A stretch of DNA of 64,000 bases from assembly GCA_964016885.1 (NCBI GenBank), contig OZ024741.1, positions 323,640,001-323,704,000 on the forward strand, in the 5' to 3' direction. The position numbers and the translations under genes were made by a program. The notes under the pieces are model-generated. The model saw only the letters and a list, made by a program, of their open reading frames with translations, was not told the DNA's origin and ran no database searches. Positions 40,301-54,583 of this stretch are shown in pieces. Numbering within the stretch: the stretch's first letter is position 1; each line of letters begins with the position of its first letter. The DNA is from Eledone cirrhosa. Its lineage: Eukaryota.

Positions 40301-43300
40301 TCTATGAAGCCTATCTAAGTCAAGCACACAGATCACGAATTTGTGGTCCGTGTAGCTGACTATCTTGAATTGTGGACAGCCTATGCTAGACCTATCTATT
40401 TCCCTACAAAATACTCTATCTAGATATGATCTGGATGACCCTATGTTGTTTGTCCAAGTCTACATTGGTACATTCGGGAAATCCAATCGGTACCTGTCAG
40501 ACAGTTCAAAACGCCTGAGCAGGTTGGTGAGACTCTTGCACCCTCCTCCCCTATCCACTAATCCCACACAGTCCCTGCGTGCATCTAAGATCCCGTTCCA
40601 GTCGCCCACTAACACTAAAGAGCGGGAAGTTCCAAGAAAGGTCTCCAGACGCCGGAAGAAATCAGGCCGCCCTGCTCCTGTCGTGGCATAGACGGCCACT
40701 AACCTGAAAGTTTGCCCGTCTCCGCTGGTCACGTCCGGCACCACCAACTTACCTTCTGGGTCCAGGAAGATGGCCCGTATGGCAAGATCCAAACCTCTCC
40801 GAAAAAGCACAGCAACTCCACCCCCTGATCCCGGACGGCTGGGAGATGCGTACACATCGTAGCCGCCGAAGATTGGTGCGAAGGCCCGTGCTTCGGAGAT
40901 TCTGGTCTCGCTGATGGCCACTACATCTATGTTTAGTGACCTGAGGTCGATGAGCAGGTGGTCCTGCTTCCATGACGACCCCAAGCCACGCGCATTTATG
41001 CTGCCTATTCTGAGTGAGGTCATGTTGAAAAGGAGTGGAAAAGATGGGAAAGACCACTTACCTTACTTCTCGTAGAGGAAGGACGGTTTTTCCATCCTTT
41101 TAACTGCTTGTGTCCTCCTCAGGAAGGATGTCCTTATAAATCCTCCTGGAGAGTGCTTGTCGGAAGTCTCAGAAGTCTTTGGGGAATTTTTGTTTTAGTG
41201 TCATGTACGTTTTCTGTGTGATGCGAGTGATTTGTATGTGTGGAGGTGGTGTGAATTTTTGGTTTGTTGTGTAGTCTTTTTCTGTGATGCTGGTGTTGTG
41301 TTGGATGTAGTGTAATAATTGGTTGTTGTTCAAATTTAATTGTTTCTACTTTAGGCACAAGGTCAGCAATTACCCAGTGCATTACTGGTACTTTATTTTA
41401 TCGACCCCGTAAGGATGAAAGGCAAAGTTAACCTTGGCGGGATTTGAACTCAGTCCGTAAAGGGACGTAACTATGCTGCAAAGCATGGCGTCCGACCCTC
41501 TACCGATACTGCCATGTTCAAATTTAATGCTGTGTAGTGTGTATCGTTTTGGTTGTTTTGTTTGCGTTTGCGTTTGTTGTGGGTTTGTTTCTGTTTCGCA
41601 TTTTGGTGACTTTTGTGGTGTAGGTGATGGTGGTGTTGGGGTTAATGATGGTGATGGTGTTGGTGTTTGGGGTGATGGGGTTGGTTTTGCTGGTGTGGAT
41701 GGTGGAATATCTGTCCTAACTTTTTTGTTTGTTAATTTATTTGTTTCCCTCTGTATTTTGTTTTTGGAGGGGGAAGGAGAGAATTTTTTCTTTTTTGGTT
41801 TCTTTCTTTTTTTTTCCTGATACCGTTTCCCACTCCTCGTCGTCACAATCTGTCTCCAGTTGCGATAAGCCGGGGAGTGGAAAATCCTCCACAGGCGTTG
41901 GTTTTGATTGTGGCGTGGTGGATGGTGTAGGCGCTGGTGCTAGTTCTGGCGCGTTGGGTGGTGGTGGTGTTGATTTTGCTACTGTTGCCGCGGTTGTTGC
42001 TGTTATAGTTGCTTCTGTTGTTGCTGCTACAGTTGTTGCTGCCATCTCTGCTACTGGTGGTGTTGATGGTTGAGTCACTGGGGTAGGTAGGAGAGGTGGC
42101 CTCAACCTTTTAGCCTGAGGGCAGAAAGCCCTTAGGTGGGTTCCTTCACCACAAACGACACACCTAGGCCTTCTGCCCTCGATAATTACGGTGAGGTGGC
42201 TGCCGTCAGTGAGGTCTATTACCTCTGGGATCTCCTCAATGCTTTTTTGGTCTGCTTGGATCAGGAGCTCCATCCCAGATCCGGACCAGTTCTCCTGCTT
42301 TTCTTTTGCTATTGCTATTATTTTGGTGTTGGCTTCGATGCCGGCGAGGACGGCCGCTATTAGCCAGGGAATTTCGATGGCCTGTGGAACGTGGGTCACC
42401 CTGATTTTACGAGTCTCTGGCCACAATAGCTTGGGACGAGTGTGAAGTCGTCACTTCTTAATGGGGCCATGGAGTGTTCTCTAGCCTCCTGTGGTGTTTC
42501 AAAGAACACGTCCACGGTTCCATACTTCTGCCCACGTCTGATGTGTGTTTTTCTTGCCCACACATGTCCCAAAGCTTTTTTGATTTGGGACTCGGATGCC
42601 CGTTCCACTCGGCGCGATTTTACATTAATTGTTCGATACGACACGGTGCATAGGCGCCGATTGGTCCATTTTATTAGGTGGGGTGAGGGGGTGGGGGCTG
42701 ACGTTGTACCCATCTTTCTTTACCATTTTTTTTGTCATTTTCTAATTCCTCCTGAGTTATCTGAAATGCTTCGCACTGTTTTGCTACTCTGGCAAAACTC
42801 AGGGTGGTTTTTTTAATGTCATTGTTGCTGTTGTTGTTATCGTTATTTTTGTTATTATTAATTTTAGCTTCAGTTGTGGTGGTGGTGATGTCAGTGGTGT
42901 TCGGTGGGGAAGAGTCCATTTTGGTTGAATTCATTTCGACATCACGAGTTAATTTATTTTTTTATTTTGTTTCTGTTGTCGCGATGGTGGTAGGGGTGGT
43001 GGTTGTCGCGGTGGTGGTGGTGGCGGCTTTAACACCTGCAGTCATTGGTAATGGCGGGAAATGAATGTCTGCCTGAGACAAATTTAAAATATTGCTACTG
43101 CTTATATTTTTTTTAGTGTTGGCAAACGTAGTAACATTTACAATGGTGGTGTCGGTGTGAGGTGTTAGTTTGTGTGGAAGGCTCTCAGCTGCTTGGTGCA
43201 GAGGTGAATTAGCCATTTTTTCTCAAAGAAATTTTTTGATAATCATAAAAGTTTAAATTTTGGGCACAAGGCCCCAATCTTTTTGGGTGTACTTTCTGGA

Positions 43301-43425
43301 AAACAATGTATGTGCGCTTATAAACAGTTAACAATAAAAATTTTCCATAAATGGCAATTTTTAACAAACGGAAATATCAAACCTTTGCAGAGTTCACGAT
43401 GATACGATTTACTACGTAGGTCGCC
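37388..43425 (-). mobile_element. Full-length Tx1-type L1 retrotransposon, copy 1 (ORF1 43216-about 41101; ORF2 41023-37631; disrupted)
   Basis: ORF1 CVVCGEGTHLRAFC knuckle; APE SINARG, ISET, GDWN, SYLDR, YTDH; RT NFRPITLLN, LDQSKAFDRV, VRQGCPLS, YADD; C-terminal CPRC..ETVLHALVQC. (AAT)n on both sides. Confidence 0.95.
41341..41514 (-). mobile_element. Family-1 SINE inserted into Tx1 ORF1
   Basis: 14-bp TSD TGTTCAAATTTAAT (41327-41340, 41515-41528); empty site present in copy 2 at about 59397-59410. Confidence 0.95.
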
Positions 43426-43514
<89 letters not shown>

Positions 43515-43515
43515 C

Positions 43516-43568
<53 letters not shown>

Positions 43569-43600
43569 CAACAACAACAATAATTACAACAACAATAGTA
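43426..43600. repeat. (AAT)n microsatellite
   Basis: Direct reading. Confidence 0.95.
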
Positions 43601-43815
43601 ATGAAGAATAAGGTAGTATATTGGAATTTTCCATCATTTCATGAAATACGTCACTGCTGTTACACGTATTTTGATAGTATCAATTATGGAATATATACGA
43701 TCCCACCAGGTACTTGTTTAGGATTTTATTATATTTATACTGCGATATTTATACAGCGCATATATATATATATATTTATATATATATATATATGTATACA
43801 CACACACACACACAC

Positions 43816-43948
<133 letters not shown>

Positions 43949-43980
43949 AATATATATATATATCGTTTCTGAATTTGTTT

Positions 43981-44085
<105 letters not shown>

Positions 44086-44404
44086 ATGTGTATATATATA
44101 TGTATATATGTGTTTGATTCTCCTTTGCATATTTTACCACTTTTACCATTTTATCACGGTAAAACTGCTTTTCTATTTATTCATATGTACATCGGCATCA
44201 CGAATCTTATAGAATCAACTACAAACTGCAATTTGATGCCAATATTGTTCACTGCACATTGCACATTGTAGACTTCAGCAAATATATTAGATTATGTAAT
44301 CATTGATGCTACCACCATTGCATTGAGATGCAATCATCATCAAATCTTTCTTGGCAGTCATAGAATTTAGCATATACATATGCACACTCACACACACACA
44401 CACA

Positions 44405-44458
<54 letters not shown>

Positions 44459-44462
<4 letters not shown>

Positions 44463-44668
44463 ACGAAGGAAATGTGGTAAGGAACCGGGTGGACCATAAC
44501 ACACCAAAGTACTCAATACTTAGGGTAGTAGAGTGGGTAATAGGAACGAGTAGGACCCCGACGGCTGAGCTCAAGCCGTTTCGATGGCTAATTCTGGACT
44601 CAGTTTATGTCCAGAATTAGCCGTCGAAACGGCTTGAGCTCAGCCGTCGGGGTCCTACTCGTTCCTAT
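44459..44668 (-). mobile_element. Solo Penelope-like pLTR fragment with fold-back
   Basis: Near-identical to 34111-34250; IR about 44541-44599/44609-44667; in (TA)n. Confidence 0.8.
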
Positions 44669-45442
44669 ATATATTTATATATATATATATATGCCATATG
44701 TGTTTATTTATATACATTCATACACACATGCCCACTCACACACACATATATATATATATATATATGTGTGCGCGTTCATTTGTTTGTAAATATATATATA
44801 TATATGTGTGTGTGTGTGTATGTGAGTGTTTGTGTGTGTGAGTGTTTGTGTGTGTATATGTGTGTGTGTGAGTGTGTGTGAGTGTTTGTGTGTGTTTGTG
44901 AGTGTGTGTGTGTGTCTGTGAGTGTGTGTGTGTGAGTGTGTGTGTGTGTGTATGAGTGTGTGTGTGTGAGTGTGTGTGTGTGAATGTGTGTGTATGAGTG
45001 AGTGTGTGTGTGTTTGGGTGTGAGTGTGTGTGTGTGTGTGTGTATTCGTGATGCAATCTTCCCCGAAACACATTTGGCAGTTGTAGTATTTGGCATGTGA
45101 CGAAGAGAGCAATCATGACGACGCCTGAAGAGAGAAAGGGGATGAGGAGGATGAGGAGGAGGAGGAGGAGGAGGAGGAGGGAGTATTCTCATCTATCGTT
45201 TTATTTGTTTCAGCCATTAGACCGCAGCCATGCTGGAGCAGCTGATTGATCACGATCTATTCCTTGTAGAATTATAGGGACGACGACATTTTCTTTCGTG
45301 AATGTGTGTGTGGATATGTGTCTGTGTATGTGTGTGTGTGTGCATGTATGTGCGTGTATGTATGTATATGTATGTATATGTGTGTGCATGTGTATGTGTG
45401 CGTGTATTGCATGTCTATGTGTGTGTGTGTGTGTGGAACGTC

Positions 45443-46051
45443 ATAATCAACAACACCAACAATAACTACAACAAAAACCACAATAACAATATGAACATCA
45501 CCCACAACAACAACAACAGCAGCAGCAACAACAACAACATCATTAACTACAACATTATCAACAACAACAACAACACCATAATCAACAACAACAACAACAC
45601 CATCATCAACAACAACGAAGACAACAACAACAACAACACCATAATCAACAACGACAACACCATAATCAACAACACCACCATCATCAACAACAACGAAGAC
45701 AACAACAACAACAACACCATAATCAACAACAACAACAACACCAACAACAACAACAACATCATAATCAACAACAACAACACCATAATCAACAACAACAACA
45801 ACAACACCATCATCAACAACAACAACAACAACACCATAATCAACAACAACACCATCATCAACAACAACGAAGCCAACAACAACAACACCATAATCAACAA
45901 CAATAACAACAACACCATCATCAACAACAACAACAACACCATCATCAACAACAACAACACCATAATCAACAACAACAACACCATCAACAACAACAACAAC
46001 ACCATCATCAACAACAACGAAGCCAACAACAACACAACACCATAATCAACA
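45443..46051. repeat. Compound (AAC)n repeat with ACCATAATC/ACCATCATC interruptions
   Basis: Direct reading. Confidence 0.95.
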
Positions 46052-46172
46052 AGAGCATCAATTGAATTATTTATGCTACGTTAATGGTTAGTAATGGAGT
46101 GACTTTAGAAGTTGGCTTTAAGTGTTTAATATAGAGACTAGTGTCTAGTTTATAGCTATTTCTTATGGACTG

Positions 46173-47210
46173 ACACACACACACACACACACATACACAC
46201 ACATACACACACACATACACACACACATACACACACACATACACACACACATACACACACATACACGCACACATACACACACATACAGACACACACACAT
46301 ACACACACACATACACACACACACACATACACACACAGGCACACACACACATACACATGCATACACAGGTATATAATTGTATACAGACACATATACACAC
46401 ACGCACAGACGCACACATACACATAAATATGCACAAACAGATATATAATTGTATACACACACATACACACACATACATACAAACACGTACACACAAATAC
46501 ACACACACACATACATACATATACACATACACATGCCTACACAGATATATAATTGTATTCACACACATACACATACATACATACACACAAATACACACAC
46601 ACATACACACACATACATATGCATACACAGATATATAATTGTATACACACACAAATACACACACATACATACACATACACACAAATACACACACACATAC
46701 ATACACATACACATGTACACACAGATTTATAATTGTATACACACACATATGCACACACATACATACACATACACACACATACACATATACACACATACAC
46801 ACAAACATGCACACACACATAATTATATACACACATACACACACACTCACACATACACACACATATACACATACAGACACATACACACACACATACACAC
46901 ATGCGCACTCACACACATAATTATATACACACACATATACACTCACATAGACACACACACACACACACTTACACACACACACGTATACACGCACATATAC
47001 ATGCATACAGGCACATACACACATACACTCACAAATACACACACAAACACGCACACATACATGCATACACGCCATACATACATACACACACATACACACG
47101 CACATACATACACATGCACACATACACACGCACACATATACACACATATACATACATACACATACACTTACACACACTCACACACACACACACAGACACA
47201 TACATATATA
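46173..47210. repeat. Degenerate (CA)/(CATA) array with recurring ACAGATATATAATTGTATACAC motif
   Basis: Motif recurs near 46366, 46437, 46541, 46627 and 46721, with variants near 46820 and 46917. Confidence 0.9.
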
Positions 47211-47297
47211 GATATATTTTTATAGAATTAATGATAAGCTGATTAATCCATGTTTACATTATTAGCTTTCAGTTTGGCGGTGGATATGCAGCGAAGA

Positions 47298-47432
47298 GTT
47301 ACGTCCCTTTACGGTCTGAGTTCAAATCCCGCCGAGGTTAACTTTGCCTTTCATCCTTACGGGGTCGATAAAATAAAGTACCAGTAATGCACTGGGATAA
47401 TTGCTGGCCTTGTGCCAAAGTGGAAACAATTA
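47298..47432 (+). mobile_element. 5'-truncated family-1 SINE
   Basis: Match to 6890-7025. Confidence 0.9.
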
Positions 47433-47635
47433 TGAGCTATCAGTTTACCCTCTCCCGCCTCAATACTGGAATTTCTCTCCTCCATCCAATATATGGTACC
47501 AGAGCCATGGAACTTTACTGAGGAAGCCCTGACTATATCTACCCAGTAACAGCTGGTATTACCCACTTATTCCTGGTTCTTACCTGTAAAGGTTGTATCG
47601 TTCCAGTTGCCAATTTTTAACATTTGCTCCTTTCT
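47433..47635 (-). pseudogene. RTE-type APE endonuclease N-terminal fragment
   Basis: MLKIGNWNDTTFTGKNQE*..VDIVRASSVKFHGSG. Confidence 0.6.
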
Positions 47636-47889
47636 AGACCCTCTTTAGGGCCTAGAAATATGCATCCTTTGCGCGCCCATCTCCCATTTCACAGGTAAGG
47701 TCACTAGCTCATCGCCAGTCTTTTCGGCAGTAAAGAGAAAACACAATATTCATTTTGGAACAGGCACCTCAAGCTAAGGCATGAATGCGTCTCTTGTTAA
47801 CCCGCGCGAAGGATGATACGATAGAGTTGCTGTTATTCAATCTGACCACATAACAGTATTTGCTGGTCATGAAAACCAGGCTTTTGTTT

Positions 47890-48908
47890 TTACTCACAAG
47901 TCTCTTTCATTGGAATTTAGACAACACCAACGAGGTAATTACGTATGTATGTGTCTGTGTGCGTGTGTAGATATGGTGATTATTACATGTATGGATGTGT
48001 ATGTTTTGAATTTTGTGTACACATGTATATGTTTTTGTAATCAGGTATTTTGTTGTTATTTCCTATTCTTGGATTGCTGAAGCATATAATTCAAAGTGAG
48101 AATCAATATAGCGATTGTTGTTCCAAGATAGACTGCTTTGCTTATCTATATTACTCTGAATTTCAGCCTTTCTGGCAACATAGCCATGCATGAATTTTTG
48201 CTGATAAGCATGTAGCTTTTCATCCTTGGATTAGTTGCTGTATTGCTGTGATATTTCGCTGGGTGTAATTTTTTGCTGATCATGCAGGGAGTATTTCTCA
48301 AGGAGCCCCTTCCCAACTCACATAATGTTATATTCCTCTTGTAGACAGACTTGTTCTCTAGATGGGTTGTTACGCACAGTGGTTCGCAGATGTCGGAAGG
48401 ATATGATGCGACACTCGAATATTGTTGGACATGTTAAGCCTCTGCCTCCCTGTTTACCTTTCAGGTAGAGGCGGTCAATGTTACTGCTGACGTAGAACTT
48501 TCCGGTGACGGTTAGAACTTACCGCGTTTTAACACCAATTGCTAGAATCTCATCTAGCCTTCAGTCAAGTAGTCTAAATGTTTGTGTCAGCATAGACATA
48601 GCAAACGTTGTGGACTACTGACTTATTGGGCGCAGAGTGTTCATAATGCCATATTTTTCTTAATCGAGTGTAATATTCTCTGGTTGAATCGCAAGAATGT
48701 TTTGAAAATGTTGAAGGTGCCAGCTATCGCAGCCATTTGTAGTCTATGAATTAGGGATCTGCGCTCTTTGTCCACAAATCCAAGTTCAGTTATATTTTTG
48801 TCCAAGCGGGTTGGTATATAACCTGTAGCTCCAATAATGATGGGTATGAATCTGAAGGTATATCTTGGATACTGGATCTGGAAATTCCTCATCAATGGTC
48901 CGTAGATG
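47890..48908 (-). pseudogene. Composite R4 remnants: family-B-related piece (47890-about 48680) and family A 3' piece (about 48665-48908)
   Basis: Similarity to 49630-49760, 50440-51070 and 23218-23440; followed by (TATG)n. Confidence 0.8.
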
Positions 48909-48923
48909 TATGTATGTATGTAT

Positions 48924-49473
48924 GTCCTGCAGGGTGTTCAAAATCACCCTCCTCACCAAGTAAACTTGGTGGGGTTGCCGGATTAGTCGCCCAAGACCCG
49001 ACAGGTTGTACTGGGTTACATGTTATCAGTAGTACTCAAGAGTGACTTGACAAAGGGCGGAAGAACTCATAAGAGTCAACGGACATCCAAAAATGTGTAA
49101 ATATGTATATACACGGATGCATGTGTATGTATATGCGCGGGAACATAGAAATAATGGGACTGGATACCCGATCGCGCGGTTAAACCACTGGGAGTGAAGG
49201 ATCCCTAGCCTTTGTCAGGGCATTCTTCTAGGTGAAGGCAACTCAGGAAACTGGGATAACTCTGACATAAAACCTGCGGTTCAGTAGTTACAGATGATGT
49301 TGATCTTTTCTTCTTTTGGGGTTATGGCTACTGTCGCTCAGAGAGTGGGATTGGCTCAGTACGCAGTCTCTTCTTACTTAAAAAAAAACTTTTCATGCAC
49401 AGGCATTGCACGATAGCCTTAATTGATAATTATTAATAATGTTATATCGTGCAATGGCCATACTCGATACGAG
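48924..49473 (+). mobile_element. Bipartite RTE-derived element with inverted 5' segment and (TATG)n tail
   Basis: 48924-49052 is the reverse complement of 32139-32275; the rest is colinear; terminal hairpin ACTCG-ATA-CGAGT. Confidence 0.65.
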
Positions 49474-49565
49474 TATGTATGCATGCATGTATGTATGTAT
49501 GTATGTATGTATGTATGTATGTATGTATGTATGTATGTATGTATGTATGTATGTATGTATGTATG

Positions 49566-52500
49566 TTCTTCTGGTTTTATAATTTCACAAAGTTTTACCA
49601 ATAGAGAGAGAGTCGGTTTCTAACATAGACACAAGACTCTTTCATTGGAATTTACACAACATCAACTAGATAGATGTGTATGTATGTCTGCATGCATGCA
49701 TGTGTAGATATGGATGTTATTGTATGTGTGGATGTGTATGTTTTGAGTTGTATGTGTGCATGTGTATATGCTTTGTATCTGTACATGTGTATATGCAGTT
49801 ATTAGATGCAAACTTTTTGGAATGTTTTACATATTTTTACTGTTGCATTAATGGATTGTACGTGTAATTTCCTAACTAGTTGTGTTCTTTCTGTTTCTGT
49901 GAAGCCTAGCTTCTCAAGATTTGTATTGAGGCAGTTACTAACATATCCCAGTGCCCCAATAATCACAGGCATAAATCTGGTGTAATCAGGGTGGAGTATC
50001 TGCAGATTTCTCATCAGTTCTGCATAAATATCCTCCTTTTCACTAATCTTTGATATTATATTGGCATCTGCTGGGCAGCTAATTTCCACTACTGTGCATG
50101 TTTTCTTCTCCCTGTCCCATATCATAATATCTGGTCTGTTATGCCTGCATTTTATTGGGGTTTTTACTGGAACATTCCACCAGTACTCTTTCATATTATG
50201 TACATGGATGTCTTCCACATTGTTGTAGCTTTTAATGTGTTTGTTATCGGGGCTATCTTTTTTACTAACTGCATTGTACAGTGTTTTGGCCACTACATCA
50301 TGCCTCATAGGTAGATAGTACCGCGATGACATCTTTGGACAGCTGCTGATGACATCGGTGATATCCTCGATGTTAGTTCTGTAGAGTCTGCACTTGTTAT
50401 CACATCTATGTGTTTTGCCTGCATCTCTATCTCTTTTGTGAATCAGGTATTTCGTGCTAATCTCCTGTTCTTGGATTGCAAAAGCGTATCCTTCAAAGTG
50501 GGAGCCAATATAGCGGTTGTTGGTCCAAGATAGACTACTTTCCTTATCTATATTACTCTCACTTTGGAGCTTCCTGGCAACATATCCATGCATGATTTTT
50601 TGCTGATAGGCATGCAGTTTTTCATCCATGGATTCACTGCGATACTGCTGAGCGACATCCCTGGGTGTGAGTTTTTGATTATCACACAGGGAATATCTCT
50701 CAAGGAGTTCCTTCCCAACTCTCATGATCTTATCTGTTTCATGCAGATAGACTTGCTCGAGAAGCGGGCTCCTACGCTTCGAGGTTCGTAGATGTTGTCG
50801 GAGAGATATGATGCGACATTCAAATGTCTGGACTGATGTTAGGCCTCTGCCTCCCTGCTTACGTTTCAAGTAAAGGCAGTCTATGTCACTGTTGATGTGG
50901 AAGTTTCCGGTGTTGTTCAGCATTTTTCGAGTTCCAACATCAACTGCTCGGATTTCGTCTATCGTCCAATTGAGTATTCCAAACGTTGGTGTTAGGACAG
51001 GCACAGCAAACACATTGTGAGCCACTGTTTTGTTTTGCGCAGAGAGTTCCGATGACCAGATCTTTCTTAATCGGGTGTAGTATTCCCTGGTTACGCGTTC
51101 TTTATTACAGATGCCATTATAGGATATGTTCTCATCTATCCCCAGGAATCTGTAGCAGTCCTCATCAGATATCAGTGAAACAGTTAGACCATTGATGACA
51201 ATGTTGCTAGATTGGATTGTTGTTTTTCCCCGCTTTACAGTCATGTATGAGCATTTATCCTGGCCAAACTCCATTCCTATATCTTTTGAGAACGTTGTAA
51301 CCAGGTCAAGATTTTTCTTCATCCCATCCATGTTCTTGGCATAGAGTTTCAGATCGTCCACAAAGAAGTTATGGGTTAGGTTCGTATTTCTGTCCTCCTG
51401 TGAGCCAATGATGTATCCCTCACATTTCTTGAGCAGAAAGGACATGGGGTTTAATGACAAGATGAACAATATCACAGAGAGATTGTCTCCCTGAAATATA
51501 CCCCTGCGATATGTTATTTCATCAGTGAAAATAGAGTCCTCGATCTCTGTCTTTAACCTTAGGATAGTAGCCCAAGAAGAAGACAGCTTCTCTATGGCTC
51601 TGACAATAATGTCTGGGACTTTAGCAAGTTGGAGGGCCTCTATCATCCAAGAGTGGGGAACAGAATTGAAAACTTTCTTGTAGTCCAGCCAGACTGTAGT
51701 CATATTCCTCCTAAGTTGTCGCACCTCCGACATCGCAGTTTTGTTGATTAGAAGTTGTTCAGCACATCCCCAAACCCTTTTCTTTCCAGCTGCTTGTTCA
51801 TCTGTGATGATGTTATTATTTTCACAGTGATCTTGGAGGAATAGGTTCAGGCAGGCTGTATACATCTTATACATCAGGTTCTGGCATGCAATGGGTCGGT
51901 TGTTTTTTGCCAAGTGGGTGTCTTTGTTTTTGGGGACCAGTAACGTTTGTGCTAATGTGAACCATTCTGGTATAAGTGTATCTCCCTTAAGAACTTGTTG
52001 GTAGAGGTCAGCAAGATACCTCCGATAGAATATCCGTTTTTTGTACCAGTAGCCGACAATTATGTCTCTTCATGGTGTTTTCTTATCTTGGAGTTTTCCT
52101 TTCACAGTCTCAAGGGTACCCTCACTTACTTCGTATGTTTTTGTTGTAGTGTAGGAGCAATAGTTCTTTCGGATTTCTCTTAGCCACACTGCATCTTGGT
52201 TGAAATTCTTCTTTTCACCCCATATTTTTCTCCAAAAGGAATCTATGTCTTTCTGGGATGGGGCCTCAGTGACACTTATTATTTTGCCCTTCATATCTCT
52301 ATAGACTGATGTTTGGTTTCGTCTGAATCTCTTATTAAGCATTTTTCTCTCACCTACCTTCTTCAGGTATCGGCGTTTTTCGCTAACAGCTCTCAATTCT
52401 TGTTTGAGGGTGATCAGCTTATATTGGAGAGTTCTGGTTCTACTGTTACCAAACATCGTCTCTATTTTATTTTTCACTCTTTGTTGGTGAGGGGTGAGGT

Positions 52501-53873
52501 TTTTTTGTGTTTGTTTGCATGTAAGGAGCAATATCACATGTCCTATGTTTTTTCGTAGGTCAGCACTCTTTTTTTCTATTTTAGTTATATAATTGTTTCT
52601 ACTTTTGGCACAAGGCCATCAATTACCCAATGCATTACTGGTACTTTATTTTATCGACCCCGTAAGGATGAAAGGCAAAGTTAACCTAGGTGGGATTTGA
52701 ACTCAGACCGCAAAGGGACGTAACTATGCTGGAAAGCATGGCGTCCGACCCTCTACCGATACTGCCAAGCCACCACCCTTATAGTTATATAATGATGGTA
52801 TTTTTGGTGGTGTTTTGTTCTTGTTAATATCTCTGCTATCACCAAGATAATGCTTCACTGTCATTGCTAAGGCATATAAACAGGCGTTGATTTGCCAAAA
52901 TGTTGGGGTTTTTATCCGTCGTAAATATTCATCCCCTATTTCATCAATAACACGTAGTATTTCATTATTTGGTTTTTTATTCACCATTGTCATTTTAACA
53001 CGTTCAGCCAGAGAGATATTTATACATGAGTTAATCTCTCTCTGGAAGATTTCTTTGAGGGAAATTTTCAATTGTTTATACTTTTGATTATCATTATCGA
53101 TAGTATTTTCCACAACAGTCGAGGTAGACTCGGATGGTATACGTGGTGTCACATTTATTCGATTATTATTATTATTTCTTCGATTATTATTATTATCGAT
53201 AGTGTTTTCCCCAGTATTCGAGGTAGACTTAGATGGTACAGGCATAGTTGTTTCAAGGCGCTGTTCGACCTGGCTGCTAGGAAGTCTAGTAGCATGGCGA
53301 TCTGTAGCACGTGTTGTTGATTCCATGTTTGTTGTGGGGGACTTACAATTAATCATATTTATCTTATTTTTACGTTCAACAAACGTCGCTTGTTGGCGTA
53401 ATTGTTTCGCTGTGAAATAATTTAGCTCTGGGTGCATTTCGTCCCAGTGTAGCTTCATTCTATTCATATAGCCAATGGAGGGATTGGTTTTTGCCATTTT
53501 ATAACAATTAAATAAATCATTATTAAGTTCGCAACTCCAAGAGAAATGCGATTTATAATTTCGCTTTCTTCTGTAGCTATAACTGAATAAAGTTTGATTA
53601 CCTTCTTTGTTATTTGTCTTCGATACTTCCTTAATTTTCTTGTTGATATTGTGTTCAGCCATGCTGTTTGTAGCAAATCCTTGTAAAATGAATTATGTAT
53701 TTAGTCGGATATCTCTACGAATTCGAATAAAAGGTGTCTTCAGAAGGGATAGTTAGAAGAATAACCAGTTATTCAACCAAGCTGTAGTTCTGGCATTACT
53801 GTCGGAGATAGTATTCATCTTAAATTTAATAAATAGTCTCCCACGGCAAAATATGCGACTGATCGCGTTGACT
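49566..53873 (-). mobile_element. R4/Dong-type retrotransposon family B, copy 2 (near full length)
   Basis: Highly similar to 28087-32040; 703-aa open RT-to-REL segment 51913-49802 (knuckle Cys changed to Tyr); (TATG)n at 49474-49565 and GTATG at 53874. Confidence 0.95.
52594..52781 (-). mobile_element. Full-length family-1 SINE inserted in R4-B copy 2
   Basis: 12-bp TSD TAGTTATATAAT (52582-52593, 52782-52793); 5' GGGTGGTGGCTTGGCAGTATCGGTAGAG (A-box-like); empty site in copy 1 at about 30929. Confidence 0.95.
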
Positions 53874-53878
53874 GTATG

Positions 53879-53987
53879 ATATGTAGTAGTGGCCGTACTC
53901 GAAAACGAGTTGGCAGCCACCATGTATGTATGTATGTATGTATGTATGTATGTATGTATGTATGTATGTATGTATGTATGTATGTAT
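53879..53987 (+). mobile_element. Short hairpin terminus identical to 32711-32747 plus (TGTA)n
   Basis: GTAGTGGCCGTACTCGAAAACGAGTTGGCAGCCACCA shared exactly. Confidence 0.6.
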
Positions 53988-54427
53988 GTGTTTGTTTGAA
54001 GGTATGTACGTATGTAATTACATATCTGTTGCGTACAGCATCATTAGTTTCGCTGATGTTTATTTGATTTGTAAAATATTCTGTTAACATACTCTGTTGT
54101 ATTTGTGGATTTATGTATCTCTGTGATCGTTTAAATGATTCGATGATTGCGCGTTGGCATTCATTTTGAGTATGTGTGTCTCTGTGTCTGTTGAAAAGTT
54201 TCGATGGCAGTGAATATATGTATGTATTAATAGACTTTGTTAGCAATCTGAGTCGTTCTCCGTCGGTTTCGGCGATGAGTGTTCCAATTGTTTGTACAGC
54301 GGAACTAAACGTATAAATAGCTGAGAAACCCACAAACAGGGATATTCAGTATGATACAGCTTGAAACAAGGCTGGTTACTTGAGTTACACATACCAATCT
54401 TTCTTGCCAGCTGTGTGGACTGGAAAA

Positions 54428-54583
54428 ATAATTGTTTCTACTTTTGACACAAGGCCAGCAATTATTCCAGTACATTACTGGTACTTTATTTTATCGATCC
54501 CGTAAGGATGAAAGGCAAAGTTAACCTCGGCGGGATTTGAACTCAGACAGTAAAGGGACGTAACTATGCTAGAAAGCATGGCA
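54428..54583 (-). mobile_element. Family-1 SINE
   Basis: Reverse-complement match to 6874-7028. Confidence 0.9.

Noticed and set aside
45302-46045. 247-aa Asn-rich ORF and antisense Leu-rich ORF
   Set aside because: Product of a compound (AAC)n repeat starting in (GT)n; no non-repetitive coding context.
52594-52781. tRNA gene
   Set aside because: A/B boxes are present but there is no cloverleaf; multi-copy with tail and TSD, so it is a SINE.
53860-53921. Possible HDV-like ribozyme at the R4-B 5' side
   Set aside because: Only a simple hairpin forms; no P2/P3/P1.1 pseudoknot found.
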